Counted from the whole stretch's first letter, positions 48,807-61,773 are shown. The stretch: 61,773 nucleotides of DNA, filler included, from Choristocarpus tenellus KU-1152 (GCA_964200185.2; 9 parts of 9 records of this genome joined end to end with filler, not necessarily neighbours in it), one strand, 5' to 3'. Numbers and translations: made by a program. The notes: a model not told the origin generated them from the sequence alone.

Positions 48807-51800
48807 ATGCACAAACTCACGAGTGTTGAGGCACAAAGAGTAATCGCCGTCATGGAGGTGCGTTGGGTCCACATAAAAGGAGGGAAGGAAGCATTTGGAG
48901 GTGCACAACAGTCAATTAAACCAGCAAATTGAGGTGCACTATTTGTTCGAACTTACCTGACTAAAATGCTGCAGGATACCCTGGACAAGCTCAATTTAAT
49001 GTCCTATGTGCCATGTACATCGAGACTTGACCTTCTGGATAAACTGGCAGAGGCAGGGGCCAACCCCATTAAGAGCTGCCTTCAGGTAAGAGAGTGGCGG
49101 GGTCTACCTTCTTGAATTCCATATACGTGTCATGTATATTTATGAATACGTATTTATATATGGGGGTTAGCAGTGAGAAAGTCTTCACGATAAAAATTAT
49201 TGCGCAGAAAACAAAAGACAAAAAAGTGGTTCGAGCCAATATGTCGGTGATTATCTATCAGTAAGCTGGCCGTCGTGCCCAATTACTTGTACTTGCTTTC
49301 AGAACCTTTTTGCACCTTTTGATGTGTAACCACAACATAGGCACAGTGGCTCATGGAACAATCGGCGATGAAGATGGGGGCAATGGGACCAGAAAGCCGA
49401 ACACGGGGTAGCCCAACTATTGAACGTGGGAGTGAAACAGGAAACAGAGATATAATCAGTGGCGACAGCCTTGAGCAGATATACCAGTCTACCAGGGTAT
49501 TGTGTCGGAGCTTGAGAAAGTCGACGGTAGCTGTGGAGATTCTATTGGGGTTTGCATCGCAGGAGCCCAGGCCACAGAGTGCACTCCAATTTAATCAATA
49601 TCTCAGTGACCTGACAGGGATTATGTACCACAGGCTTAGCACAACAGTTGAAGAAGAGGTGAGCGAACTGAACTAGTTGTCCAGATCTCAATTGTTGGCG
49701 TAAATGCTGTATCATACTCGGAATTTATCTTATGTCCTCTGAACTTGCCACTGATGAGTACAATATACTAGGTATTAATATTACAAGATATACGTACACA
49801 TCCCATCCATAGGTTAAAAGGTACAATAAACCTTTATATAATACATTGGTTCTAATGCATGGTCCGTACAAGAATATGAAGGCTGCACTTGTTTCTTTGT
49901 AATACTGAATTTCAGGCATGCTGAACCAACATGAATGAAGTTGCCTTCTAAACATGTTGAAATATTTCGCTGAGCCCACGGTAAGTGCCACGTACATATG
50001 TACTCCTCACTGTCATCACCGTTTTTGTCTGAGCAAACTTCTGACTATGTGTGAATTATCATAGTAGTTGTCGAGGTGATTTCTGACAAAGGATAGACAT
50101 GAGAAAACCATCACCTCTCTTCTCTTGCCTGTGATTGCTCTACCTCAGGCTGCAAATAAAAAATTACTCCATGACCTCACTGAGTGCGAAAAGTTGGCAG
50201 AGGATGAGCGAGACACACTGCAGCAGACTCTGGATGCCACAAGGACGGAAAAGGAAAGGGTGAGCACGAATGCTCCCTGTAGAGATATTTGTTCAAAGAA
50301 GCTCTACCCCTGGTGTGCTTGCTATGGCTCTTGAATTTGTCTGTCCATGAAGGATTCTGTAGACCGATGTTTTAACACATGGTTGTTAAATCTTGCTCCA
50401 ACCCCTGAGTATACTCCGCAATAGAGTCACTGGGTTCTATAATCTTGGAGGATCACTTGCAATCAACGTCACATTCCTTGCAGCGGTTGCATGCTCACGT
50501 GTCATCTCTGAGGTTGATATCCACTGCTCTCATAGCCAAGGCTGTGGAAAAGGAAAGAAAGACCAGGAATATGTAGGTGCTTGAGGTGTTTCCTGCCTCC
50601 AGTTCACCAAACCACAACCCCAAACAATCCCCTACTTCAGGAAATTAGTGCACTGGATGCAACAATCAAGAGGTTGCGTGAAGAACTGCAGGAAGTTACG
50701 CAGACAAATGCAATAGAGATGGAGTCCATCAAGAACAAAGCAGGAGATGCTGTGGCTAAAGCAAAAAAAAGTCATGAGGAGAAGGTAGATTGATATGTTC
50801 TTTTGCAGGGAGATGCCCTCAGTGATTGATTTCCTACTTGTATGATACAACAGGGCAGGCAGTTGGGCGGGCACCTGACACTCCAAATGTATCCAATTAT
50901 GGATAGGAATTCAATGATTTAAAACAAAGTGACTTGGATAAAGCTGTCTTCTCTGTCCACATTATATATTACTTCATGTTCTCAATATCATGTAGAGCCA
51001 CCTTATCGCAGAAGATTTACATTTCAGGCCTTTTGATCATCTAGATCCTCTGATATCTTCTGGTTGACACACCATTTCCATGCCTGAAATGTGGTTAACC
51101 CCCCTTAGGAGACTGGGGTTGCAGAAGAGAAGACAGACGTTCATCCACAAAAAGAAAAAGTCATCCTCCAGAGTGCTAGAAGGACATGTACTAGAGGGCA
51201 GTCACAAATACCCTAAATTCTCAGTCACACACCCCTCTAACATGGAATGGCTCACAGCAAAGCATTTTCCCTATCTTAGCAACGCAAACCCTGACACAGA
51301 CCAAAACTGTAACCCTTCGTTTGAAAAGGGAACATTTACAGTTTTAGTATTTTATCTTACCGAAGCACTGTCCTTTGCTGCTAACAGGTAAAGGTACTGA
51401 TAGAAAGAGTAGAATATCTGACAAAGGATATCACTGAGGTGTCAGAGGCCCATCGAATAGAGGAAGCTGATGCACGGAAAAAGAAGGCCAAGGCAGAGGC
51501 AGAACTTGCTTCCATAATTGCCAAATATGACAGAGATATGGTAGACAGGACAGCTGCGATCAGGGCAATAGAGGTGCATATTGAGCGTTTTTTATATTGG
51601 TGCTGATATTCCATTGTGTGTGTGAAGGGGGGATGAATCACAAACTTTGAATGCTGCCCTCTGGACCATAAAGTATATTCCAGATTAACCTTTTGCGTGG
51701 TAAATATTTTGCCAAGAGTAGACTGTACTAGCATGGAAGTGAGTTCTACCAATGCAACTCATTCTTGGGCCTCTTTGTTACGCAGAGCTATTTCCCCATA

Positions 51801-52992
51801 GTTCTCGTGAAGATTACATGACATAGTATTTGTCGTATTGAAGTATCTACAAAAGTATTGTCACGGATCACAATTTGTACTTTTCTAGTATGAGGTGGGC
51901 AAGTTGTGCCTTGTGTCCATTCTCTGGATATTTCAGGGTATCTCTAGTTGATGGTTAAAGTGCAAACTTGTATCTATATCTAGGGGAAAATGCAGGTCGG
52001 AAGGGTTGGTTGTATATTCTGTAAAGTCTGTGTCTGAATTGTGTGTATGGTTTCCTAGTTCTAGTTATTATTTTGTCACGATTTGGTCCCTTCCCTTTGC
52101 CCTGTAAACAAAACAAAGTGGGTAGTGGCAGACCCTTTGGCAAAATGTTTTGAATGTCTCAGTGCTGTTGTGTATATGCTTTGCTGGGAGATCTAAGCAA
52201 TGTTTGCAATACCTTGCCCTTGTAGAAGAGGGGATACATTTTGAAGTACACAGTTCTCAAAAAGTTTGTCTCCTCAGAGTGTATGTCATTTTGTACCATC
52301 TATCACACTGTATAAGACATAAATAGAAAGTAATTTAGGATAAATATTTGCTCATAAGCCATGCAATGCACAATAGATAACAGATCAGCATAATTTTAAT
52401 TAATTAAATGCAGAAATTGTTTGTGCTATACTTTTCATGTATGGGAGATGTTAAGATTGCATCTCTTCAAGCACGATCTCCGCTGACGAGGCGTTGTGCC
52501 CTGTTGTCAGTGGGAACCACAAACCGTTATTGATGCCAATAGAGGGCATGGCTCATAATAACTTGATGATCTGCTGCATCTATTCCCCAGTCAGGTAGGC
52601 ACACGCATATACTCACATGCATTCATTCAAATCCCCCCCCCCAGCCCCACCCCTCTGTCTTGTATATAAGAATACCCACATACACACGCACACATACACA
52701 ACTTCCTTCAAACCAACAGCTCAAGATGGATGAGGAGAGGAAGGACTTGGCTGAACTTACGTTGCACTTCGACCGTGTCAATGCCAATAGTCACCAGAGA
52801 GACACAGAGGAGGCATTGCTAGATGCGGTGCAGAAGCGTGTGGCCAAAGCCATGGGGGTGCTGAATAGTGCGGTCACCTCAATTCAATCTGCGTATCGGG
52901 GAAATGTGCAACGAGCAGAGTACCAAAAACTAAAGAAGAAGGCCAAGAAGGGTGGGAAGAAGGGGGCGAAGAAAGGGAAGAAAGGCAAGTAG
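48807..52992 (+). CDS. DRC10: Dynein regulatory complex subunit 10 / IQ domain-containing protein D (~397 aa)
   Basis: Exons 48807-48857, 48975-49085, 49341-49658, 50149-50259, 50641-50784, 51388-51573 and 52720-52992, all phase 0. MHKLTSVEAQRVIAVMEDTLDKL, STRVLCRSL, RLSTTVEEE, HRIEEADARKKKAKAEAELASIIAKYDRDM, IQ motif IQSAYRGNVQR and a KG-rich tail all match the IQCD/DRC10 layout. Confidence 0.88.
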
Positions 52993-55127
52993 AGATTTTT
53001 GTTTTTTTCCCTCCGATGGTGAAGAGGGATGGAAGATCCGTTGCATGGATTGACTACTGGTGGGCACAGAAAAAAATGGAGTGTTCACTGACCAACCCAT
53101 GGTCGAGCCCTGCGACCCCAAAAGAATTACTACGCTGCACTGAAGCTCTGTCTTGTTGTTTGTGGCATCCAACGTGGGAGGGGATGTAACAATATCAATA
53201 GAAGAGATTGATAGTACCGTGTTTGGTATGATTGACTGCAGTAAGATGGCATGCAAGAACCGGAACACGGTGAACATATCCTTCTCATCATGCAGTATAT
53301 TCATAATGCCAACACACAGAGTAGATGCTCTAAAATACACACACACACACACAATGTGCCATAGTACCAGTATGGAATTTTGGAGGCCATGCTCATGTTT
53401 GCATATGCATTTCCCTGACTGCAGTCAGTGGTTCATGTACACCACACTTCTGTGGAAAAGGTAGTTGTCTTCTCTAATAGATCTCGCACCTATTTCTCTC
53501 TACGTGATGTTGGTGTTCACTACATGTGTTTATGAATGGCTCACCTAATCATTAGGAGAATAACACCCTAACTGTACAATTTTCATAGATAGACTTCATG
53601 CTTCACCGTATGACCTGCAAATAGGACCACTGTGTGAGTAGAACGAAAGCCAAAAATGTGTGTCTACCAACTAGTTCAATAATTGCAAACTTTTGTATCA
53701 TAAGGATCCCCAGAAACGCTAAAAAATGTCCTAGTTTTGTGAAGTGTCTCTGCTCAATTGTGAACTTAATGTCAAAAGCCTGTTGTCTGCAGAAATGCCT
53801 TCATTTTGGGTGACCCCTACTGTGTGCAACATAAATACAAAAGATTAATGCACTAAGCTCAAAAGAATACATACTCAAGTACAAAGCAAAACAGCTGATG
53901 AAAAGCTTTTACCTCAAGCTAGTAAACTTGATTTTCTTACTTTTCCTTTTTATAGGGATTCAGGGTACAGGATGGATTTTATGTGCTCTAGTACTACTAG
54001 TCATGCTGTCGGCCACTACAGCTGTATTGCAATATACACCAAACAATACGTGTTTTATATTGTATATGTTGTTCAATGATAACAGCTGTTACTGTAGTCG
54101 AAAGTGTAAGCTATGTTTATAACAGTGTTGTGTTGGATATATCTGCTTCAAGAAGCTTGGTCTATATTATACATGCAGACTATGTTCCAATACAAACACA
54201 AATCACATAGAGTAGAAGCAAGGAACATTGTCCTCCAACCGTGACAACAGGGGTTGATACCACATGGTCAAGAAGCAGCGAGGAAAGGGTTGATGGCACA
54301 TAAAATCCTGAAGTGTGTTGACTTTAGTACCTTCCATGAAGGCGAGTTACCTTAACAGACGATCGAATACGTTGTAGAAATAAAAAGGGTCATAGGTCCT
54401 CAATAAATAGGCTGAACACAATTGTGGAGATGGAAAAAAGTAGGTAGCACAATGACCTTGTCACTGAAACATTTGATCGTCATAGATTGGTACATAAAAG
54501 GTTGGTCGAAGAGGAGGGTTTTGGGAATTTTATGCAATTCACAATATTTTCTAACATACACTGCCTTGTGTGTAGACAGTAGTGGGCCATGAGATAGATT
54601 GAAAGTAGTCTTTAAGATGTAGAGCCTAGAGTACTTCCTTTGAAACACCTCCACTACCCACAAAAGATCTACCAAGCCACCTTCCTCACTGGTGTTCAGC
54701 ATTCTTGGATCTTCAAATACTGTTGTGCACAAGGGTTACACATTGAGCAACACTTGATGCCTAAATGCCACTCAAGTAACTCTCCAAATTAAAGAGATTA
54801 TTATGATCACCTTCACAAACAATTTGGAGGTGAGGAATCTCACTATATGCCAACATGTCACACCGATCTCCACATTACAAAATAAATCCATTTTTTGCAT
54901 TGAGAGTAGCCCACTTAAAAATCCATCTGGACCATAGCATCATTCAGATGGCGATTAACCTCAAATTTGATCATCCATGGCATTTTTTTTTCTTCTGAAG
55001 TATGATGATATATATACACATGCCAGGAGGCACTATAAAATCAATTTGTTCCATAGATCAACTATGCCATATTAGCAGCGTTGAGAACACTTGACTCCGA
55101 TTGTGTATCATGCTTCGTCCGCATATA

Positions 55128-55159
<32 letters not shown>

Positions 55160-55214
55160 GTGCGTAGAACGTATGTAGACAAGAGAAGAAGGGTTGCAGC
55201 GTTAATAGCATCAG

Positions 55215-56070
55215 TCATACTTCATGCATTACTGGCTTGCCGTGTTGCATCACTGGCATCCAGTACCCCTGTGGGTGGTCAAGGCGAACCCATCCTGGGA
55301 ACTCCTTTACATACCTGGAGCAAAGAAGGGGCAGTTGTTTTATAAAAAGGTACGGCGGGTTGCATCAAATGAGGCCTTTTTTCATATTTTTCAACGATCC
55401 ATGCAGTGAGAAGGTGACAAACGGCATCGAGCAACTGGGCTAGACAAGGTTGCTGTATATACCATGGAACGGTGTCATTTCAGTCTTCTCCCTCCTTCAC
55501 AAAGAAATCAATACTCTCTGATCGTGGCTAGTGAAGATTCAGGTAAATGCCACACCCTAAGAATCATGGGATGTTAACAAATTAACATATTCAAAACAGT
55601 TGCGTTTATCGATATGGTGGAAGAAGGAATGAACTACACTCACCAGCCGTGCAGCTCGGTGCCATTTCGCGGCCAATCCGAAGCTTTGGTGCTCGCATTC
55701 ATCTCTGGTCGTGTTCTGCAAAGCACAAGTAGAGAAGAGGTGTGGTACTAAACTCGATGGGAAATGTTGACCTGATCACGTAATGGGAATGCACGTCCTA
55801 ATGATAACACCAGCGACATGTGGTCGCATTACCATGTCTTGAGCAGCAAAGTGACGGCGGACATAGCACCTTTCCAATAATACTTGACTGTGGGAGTTGG
55901 AGATTTCAACCTCACCTCCAAAGCATGCCTGAACATCCATTCGCACCAGCGTCCAGCTTGAAAGTCTTGCGTTCGGCAACGTCCAGCTCCTCCATGTTGA
56001 GAGTAATTTCAGCTTCGGGTTCAGACTGTTGGCCTAACAACTTCCTGATACCTCTTATGGCTGCTGACAT
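55215..56070 (-). CDS. Small uncharacterised protein (108 aa, three exons), Trp-rich with a possible SH3-like C-terminus
   Basis: Exons 56070-55916, 55715-55644 and 55314-55215 have canonical ag/GTGAG donors and polypyrimidine-CAG acceptors, and join to 327 nt from ATG to TGA: MSAAIRGIRKLLGQQSEPEAEITLNMEELDVAERKTFKLDAGANGCSGMLWRTRPEMNASTKASDWPRNGTELHGWYVKEFPGWVRLDHPQGYWMPVMQHGKPVMHEV. Confidence 0.75.
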
Positions 56071-56877
56071 GATTGAGTGTGATGAAAATTAGGGTGGTGT
56101 CCATATTGGGTACTCGGTGTAATACTCTAACATAAACCCGATCAAAATATGGAACAATAGTAGGCTACATAAATATATAAACATACATTTTTTCGAGTTC
56201 CTCAACCAAACCCTTTTTATAAACCTTATTTGAGGGTAGTTTTGAGGGTAGTTTTGTCCAGGTATTACACCGATACAACATATGGTGACTCACGTCTTCT
56301 CAGAGACATAATTTTTTTCCTAATATATTTCATGATTAATATATTATTTGTTTGATGGATGTTAACCCTCTCATCGAAAGTTGTAAGTTGAACAAAAAAA
56401 ATGGGAAGAAATGTGAGAGCCACATTCCACAGAAGGTATACCCTGAAGGTTACCGATCTTGAATATCATGTAGAAGGTATACNNNNNNNNNNNNNNNNNN
56501 NNNNNNNNNNNNNNNNNNNNNNNNNNTTAATTAATTAANNNNNNNNNNNNNNNNNNNNNNNNNNNNNNNNNNNNNNNNNNNNGTAGCGTCGTTTTGAGGT
56601 CGTTGGATTTGAGTTGTACATCCTGGAAGGTGAGCATTGAGGGGCGCCTGTAACATATACACAACAAAGTAACACTCGCCCCCAAAGCCAGAAACTGTTT
56701 CAAGAAATTGACCCACACACGTTATTATCCTGCTTTCTTGATTATTTTATTACAATTGCCAAACAGCACTTCACACCCACACACATCCTACTGTGTGGAG
56801 ACATACCTAGCCCACATCAATTCAAGCAATCTAACCTTGGTCATCAGCTAGTTCCTCTCTTAAAGGTATCAAGATAT

Positions 56878-57024
56878 GTCAGCACTTATGACAGTCAAGA
56901 ACGCTGCCTCATACAGTCTTTTGCGTGATCATTGAACCCATCGGTTATACGTCAGCACTTATGGCAGCCAAGAATGCTGCCTTATAAAGCTCTTTCGCAT
57001 GATCATTGAACCCATCAGTTATAC
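56878..57024. repeat. Diverged tandem duplication (73 + 74 bp) of the lipase 3' coding end
   Basis: 56878-56950 aligns with 56951-57024 with about 8 substitutions and 1 deletion. Confidence 0.9.
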
Positions 57025-59468
57025 TTCCGCCCCATATTGATTGCCAGTAACCAGCAAAGAAGTCTAGCCAGTTGCGAGGCCCAATATTTCCGCTGGAGTT
57101 TGATATTTATGGGGAGTGGCAAGCAGGGGAAGGGAATAGAGCACAAGACAAAACAGATGCAAAGAGGGGGGGGGAAATGATGAGGGGGGGGACATAAAGA
57201 TATAGGGGGATGTCCCAATGGGATTTTTTCCAGTAAGCTGTACTGCCTGGGTGTAACTGGAGCTCTACAGTCGTAACATACTACCATAACCATTGATAGC
57301 AGTCTTCAAACATTTGTTGGAACTATGTTTTTGCGGACAAAAACAATGTGGAAGAGATTAAATACACTTTTGGCAAAAAGGGCTATGCAAACTACTTTGG
57401 GAGTCTTGAACCCAAAACACCTCCAGCAAAAACAACCACGACCACTTTTGAGGGGGGAGAATAATGCTTTCTCCTTTTCTCTTGAAATGTGACAAAGCTG
57501 ATGAAGCCGCCAAAAAAATCAGACCCAAAGTATCTGAGGGGGGGTGGTCTGCACCAGGGTGTCCATTTGGGGCATAACCAGGAAAAGTGCACTTACATTA
57601 TCCATCCGACGTATGCAACCAAATCACCCCAAAATCGCAAGATGAACAAATTTGCCCCAAATGGACAGCGGCTACCCCCTCCCAGATACTTTGAGCCTCA
57701 ATCGAGGAGGTTAGTGAGGAAAAGTAACCAAGATGAGGTCCCAACCATGGAGAAAATGGTGGATTACAACAATCATCGCTCCCTCTCCATTATTGGTAGA
57801 CAGCACTATCCAGCAAAGGGACGCGCCACTCTTGGAAAACTATGGCCTACCATACCTTTCAAACAAACAAAGTTGACCTATACGTGTACTATTTTTGGGG
57901 AGAATTACCTTGGGTCGATGTAGACCTCAGTGCCCACATGCTGCAGAATATGGGGAACCCGGGTGACGAAGTCATTGTTGTTGACCGCTCGGAACGTCTT
58001 GGCCTCGAGGGCCTTATCATAAGCAGTTGCATACTCACGACTGAACACCCTGAGAGAGGAGACGGTACACAACAAAAAGGGAGAGAGGAGAGCAGGAAAG
58101 CGACGCGTTTCAGGATATTGATAACAACATAAGCAACCGGGCATCCAACATTATAAAAAGTAGTCACCTACCCTTGGAACTTGAGTGGTTCGAGACAAAT
58201 GTTTTGGACTAGAGTGTTGACGATGTTTTTATCTCCAGTGCTGTGGTCGTGACATACCTTCGAGTATTATGTTATATGGTACAGAAATTTAGTTATCACT
58301 TGGTAAAGGTACTTACACATGCTGGAGTATTAATCATCACTCATCTTTTGACCTACATGATAATCATCCAGCACATTTTCGTGTACTTATAATATCAAGG
58401 TATGTGTACCTTGGGCTTCCAATGGTGTAAACGCCTGCTACTGACACGTCAGGAACGTCAAGCTCCAGTTGCGCTGCGGCAACAGATGCTAATGCTCCAC
58501 CAAGCGAGTGGCCACTTAGGAAAATTGGTCTGTCCGGCGTTTGTGCTCGAAATGACTTCACAATCTCAAGGATACCCTTAAAGTCCTTACGATTGCCCCA
58601 AATGCTGTTCAGAGCAGTGTGGAAGCCCTGGGAAAGGTTGCAATGAGCATTGTGGGGAGAACGTGACACCAGTAGGAAGGTTCAAGGGATAGAAGGCTCG
58701 ATCTCACATGACGGGTGTGATGTAGACAGGGGGCAAGGAGGAATAGAATGTGTGGCGTGAGGAAGGTTGACCTGATGGTCTTGGAATACACCAATTAATG
58801 TCTAGAAGGTAGCCAGGATGGACAGAAGCACAACAGGAATAATGATGCCAACAGTCAAACCTGAGGTCTTACTTACAAAGGACGAGGAGTTGCAGAAAGA
58901 TACCTTTCCCAATCGATCTTTCTCATTCATCATTTCGCCCTCAGCACATCAAACCATGATCTCAAAGTTCAACCGTTGCAACAATCACATATCTCCTCAT
59001 CTCACCTTGTGGACATCACCATGTTTTGTCTCCTTGTTAAAGATGTCGAGGTTTACCCACCAGTCTGCACCTTGGTCAGTTCCGCGGAAGACCACTACCA
59101 CATGACTAGCTTGGGCAGCTACATAGCCTTGGGTACTGTAATCCTGGAGAGAGGGTAGGAGGGGCGTGAGAGAACGAATTCCGTGGGAGATCCAATAAAG
59201 AAAATTAGTCAATTGGGTACAAGCCACCGTTCTAACACTCATTCCAACTCTTCACAGACAAAATTCTTCGCCTCACCTCAGAGTTGAGCCAAAAGACATC
59301 TGTGTACCCGAGCATGTTGCAGAGCTCAGATGTAGCGATATCTTTTGTCTCGTAAGCCACAATACTAAGGTGTGCAAAGTAGTGCGCGTTGGTCACTGAG
59401 AAACCTTTAGCCGAAGGCTCCAGTTTATAATGGCCAATCGGCTCGAACTGGCCTACCTTGTCTTGCAT
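56945..59468 (-). CDS. Class 3 lipase (alpha/beta hydrolase), ~278 aa from the first clear Met
   Basis: Exons 59468-59277, 59143-59006, 58627-58410, 58049-57909 and 57092-56945 join in frame. Motifs: VVVVFRGT, GDVHK/GFH, FLSGHSLGGALA (GxSxG), VYTIGSPRV, NNNDFVTRVP (catalytic Asp) and DGFNDH (catalytic His). An extra 5' exon is possible. Confidence 0.93.
57522..57697. mobile_element. MITE family B, full copy in the last lipase intron
   Basis: TIRs GACCCAAAGTATCTGAG / CCCAGATACTTTGAGCC, flanked by TCA...TCA. Confidence 0.87.
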
Positions 59469-61217
59469 TGTCACACTCCTGGTTGTGAAATTGATCTGGA
59501 AAAAGTCTTTCTGGTGGCTAACGAGAACACAAGACATGTGGTGTGACAACAGCGGGCAACAGCGGGTAGACAGCGCGCACATAAATGCGTGGAAAAATCG
59601 TCGAAAGAAGGAAAAACGTTCAATCCAGGCGACCCAGGCAATCCAAAGACTGTGCAAGGTAACTTCGCCAGTATCATTATTGAAAGTCAAACACCAACCC
59701 AACATACAGAAAGGGAAGACCACCTCACGTGAGACAACAGGCAAGCACACCATACACGATTGTACACCATCGCTATCGAGCATACGACGACTATTGGACA
59801 TACCACTAGAGAGACATAATAGTGCTCATCACCAAACCCTCAACTATCCAAACGCTCGATCCAAAAGCATCCTCCCCCTTGTGCCTTCCGCCTTCAATAG
59901 TTTTTACCTGGTGGATTGGTCGTACAGATAGCGTTCCTTCTCTGGCGTTGAACTATTTGTTGTTGTTTCGTGGACTGACCCTTTGTGGTCACAAAGTACA
60001 ATTGGTCTGTGTGAGGTCTGCCCTGCTCAACTTTCGCAATCAATTGGGTTACTAATTGTTGTACTTTCCTTTTTTGTTTAAGGGATCATTGACTGATGAG
60101 AATTTCTTCTACAATTTAATAAGGTTCCTAGTTTTCGCTTGGAACAGTACTACTTGTGTTGATGGTGGAGGTATCCTTCAGAAACCTTCCTGGAAACTTC
60201 TTGTTGGAGAAAGTATTGGAATATTTTTCAATCTCCTATGTTGAAGTAAGAGTTAGTTCAAACGACAGCAACCAGTCTCAACGTAGCGGGTTCGAGACCG
60301 TTCAATGCCAGACTTCTTTTGACGGAAATTCGTTTCTCTAATGTTATTACACCTGTCTATGCTATTCCACAAAACCGTCAGACCAGGATCAAGTCGGAAA
60401 AACTTTGGGACGAGATCTGTAGAAGAGGTTGAAGTGCCGACAAAGAAGACAGGAACGACACAGTGCTACAATTTGTTGCAGGGTGGCAGTCAGCCAGAAT
60501 TCACGGAGGGAAGTAGTAAGTAATCAAGATTTTTGGATTGGAATTTCCGAATGAGTCAAAAGATAAAATGCGGTTGGAAACGTGGGGGAAACCCGGACCA
60601 AATGAAATTAGTTTGAGATCCTAACTCCAGATGGAGGGAAATATATGGACCATTATAGGCCAAGTTTGGAGAAATGCTTCGGTTCCCCAACGTAGAGTGG
60701 GGGGATTCAAAAGGTTGCAAAAAATGGTACAGGCCCACCATTCAGATCTTGAAATACATATGAAATGAAAGCTGAAGTCCTAGCAGATCGATCAAGCCAT
60801 AATAATATCGTCTCAAAACACAGCATACATAGGGTGCATAACCTGAATGAGGAGAGCATTTCTGCTTTCTGGGGCATCCTTGTCTCAATATTTGCACTAT
60901 GTTTTACCTATTCGTGACACGAAGCCTATCTCATAGAAATGCTGATAGACACAGAACTCACAGGATTTATTTTGGGTGGTTCAAATCGATGTGGTTGCAA
61001 AGTGCTGAGCCTTGCAGCTGATGGCAAAAGGATTAGTCCATGTAGAGGATGGCAGTAGTCCCTTTAACTACCTTCTTACGCCCCCCCCCATTATTCAACT
61101 AGCAGACACGCGATTGTTGGTTGATAAACTTAGGACGTGACGACACTTGTTCTAATATTATAAAAAATACAAATGTATACAACATCCTATACTGAGGACT
61201 GCAAATTAAAATCACAT

Positions 61218-61299
61218 CGACGACGGCAGGACTCGAACCTGCGCGCGGCAACCGCAATTGATTTCTAGTCAATCCCCTTAACCACTCGGGCACGTCGTC
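61218..61299 (-). tRNA. trnS-AGA: tRNA-Ser (anticodon AGA)
   Basis: GACGACGTGCCCGAGTGGTTAAGGGGATTGACTAGAAATCAATTGCGGTTGCCGCGCGCAGGTTCGAGTCCTGCCGTCGTCG. 82 nt, paired acceptor stem, ATTGA/TCAAT anticodon stem, long variable arm, GTTCGA T-loop and a downstream T-run. Confidence 0.96.
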
Positions 61300-61773
61300 T
61301 ACTTCACACAAGAGTTCGTGTTCTGTTTAACATATAAACAAATTAAAACAGACAAATTGTGTTCACGGACTGAAGTTGGTTGGGACTCCTGCTGTTGGTG
61401 GAACCAGGGGAAAATATGAATATAAGACATGTCCTTGCGAGCACTCCATATGCAATTTGCACGCTGATACTGCGTGCTCCTGGCAAAAGATCCACACCAA
61501 ACGCATTGTTGTCAACTCTCCTTTGCTCCCCAGGATATAGGATCCTTTACAACAGGAACACACACAGATAATGGACAAAACTAGACCAACTTTGACTTAT
61601 GCCACCTGGATTCCTGCAAGACAGGACGACTAGCTTGTGCCACCACAGTTGCTACTTTCACCCCTCAATGCTCATTAGAATCCATTCGAGAATGTTTGCC
61701 CAGGTATGTTACAGGCGATATGTCTTGATGGCGGTTTCATAAACACCATTATGACATTGAAGTTCTAGATTTG

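Noticed and set aside
52930-53352. 140-aa antisense ORF overlapping the DRC10 stop
   Set aside because: It starts in a TG microsatellite, has no recognisable domain, and is partly the shadow of the Lys-rich DRC10 tail.
57015-57040. Apparent frameshift before the lipase catalytic His
   Set aside because: Recounting the G-run gives an intact frame (SIWGGSITDGFNDH).
29917-59468. Lipid-catabolism gene cluster (ACOX plus lipase, with the GMC oxidoreductase further upstream)
   Set aside because: The genes lie on different contigs separated by artificial linkers and unrelated genes.

Overview
Eukaryotic, intron-rich nuclear DNA, most likely from a photosynthetic stramenopile such as a brown alga or relative. 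This is an inference from an ASAFAP-type plastid-targeting presequence, a flagellar DRC gene and TTAGGG motifs. The window is not one continuous locus: eight N44-TTAATTAATTAA-N44 linkers join nine contigs. Spliced genes reconstructed by hand from GT-AG sites: the 3' end of gamma-tubulin complex component 4, the 3' exon of a GMC oxidoreductase, a PPR protein, the 5' half of acyl-CoA oxidase, a plastid-targeted ankyrin-repeat protein head-to-head with DRC10/IQCD, a class 3 lipase, and a 108-aa uncharacterised protein absent from the ORF track. There is one tRNA-Ser(AGA). Mobile DNA comprises a decayed DD40D mariner, two decayed Ty3/Gypsy elements, two related MITE families with a shared TIR core, and a decayed Cys-rich element carrying an OTU-like protease motif. 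I found no convincing novel multi-gene system. The best leads are the hidden 108-aa protein, the OTU-bearing decayed element, the MITE pair, the 173-bp bidirectional promoter and the duplicated catalytic-His segment of the lipase.
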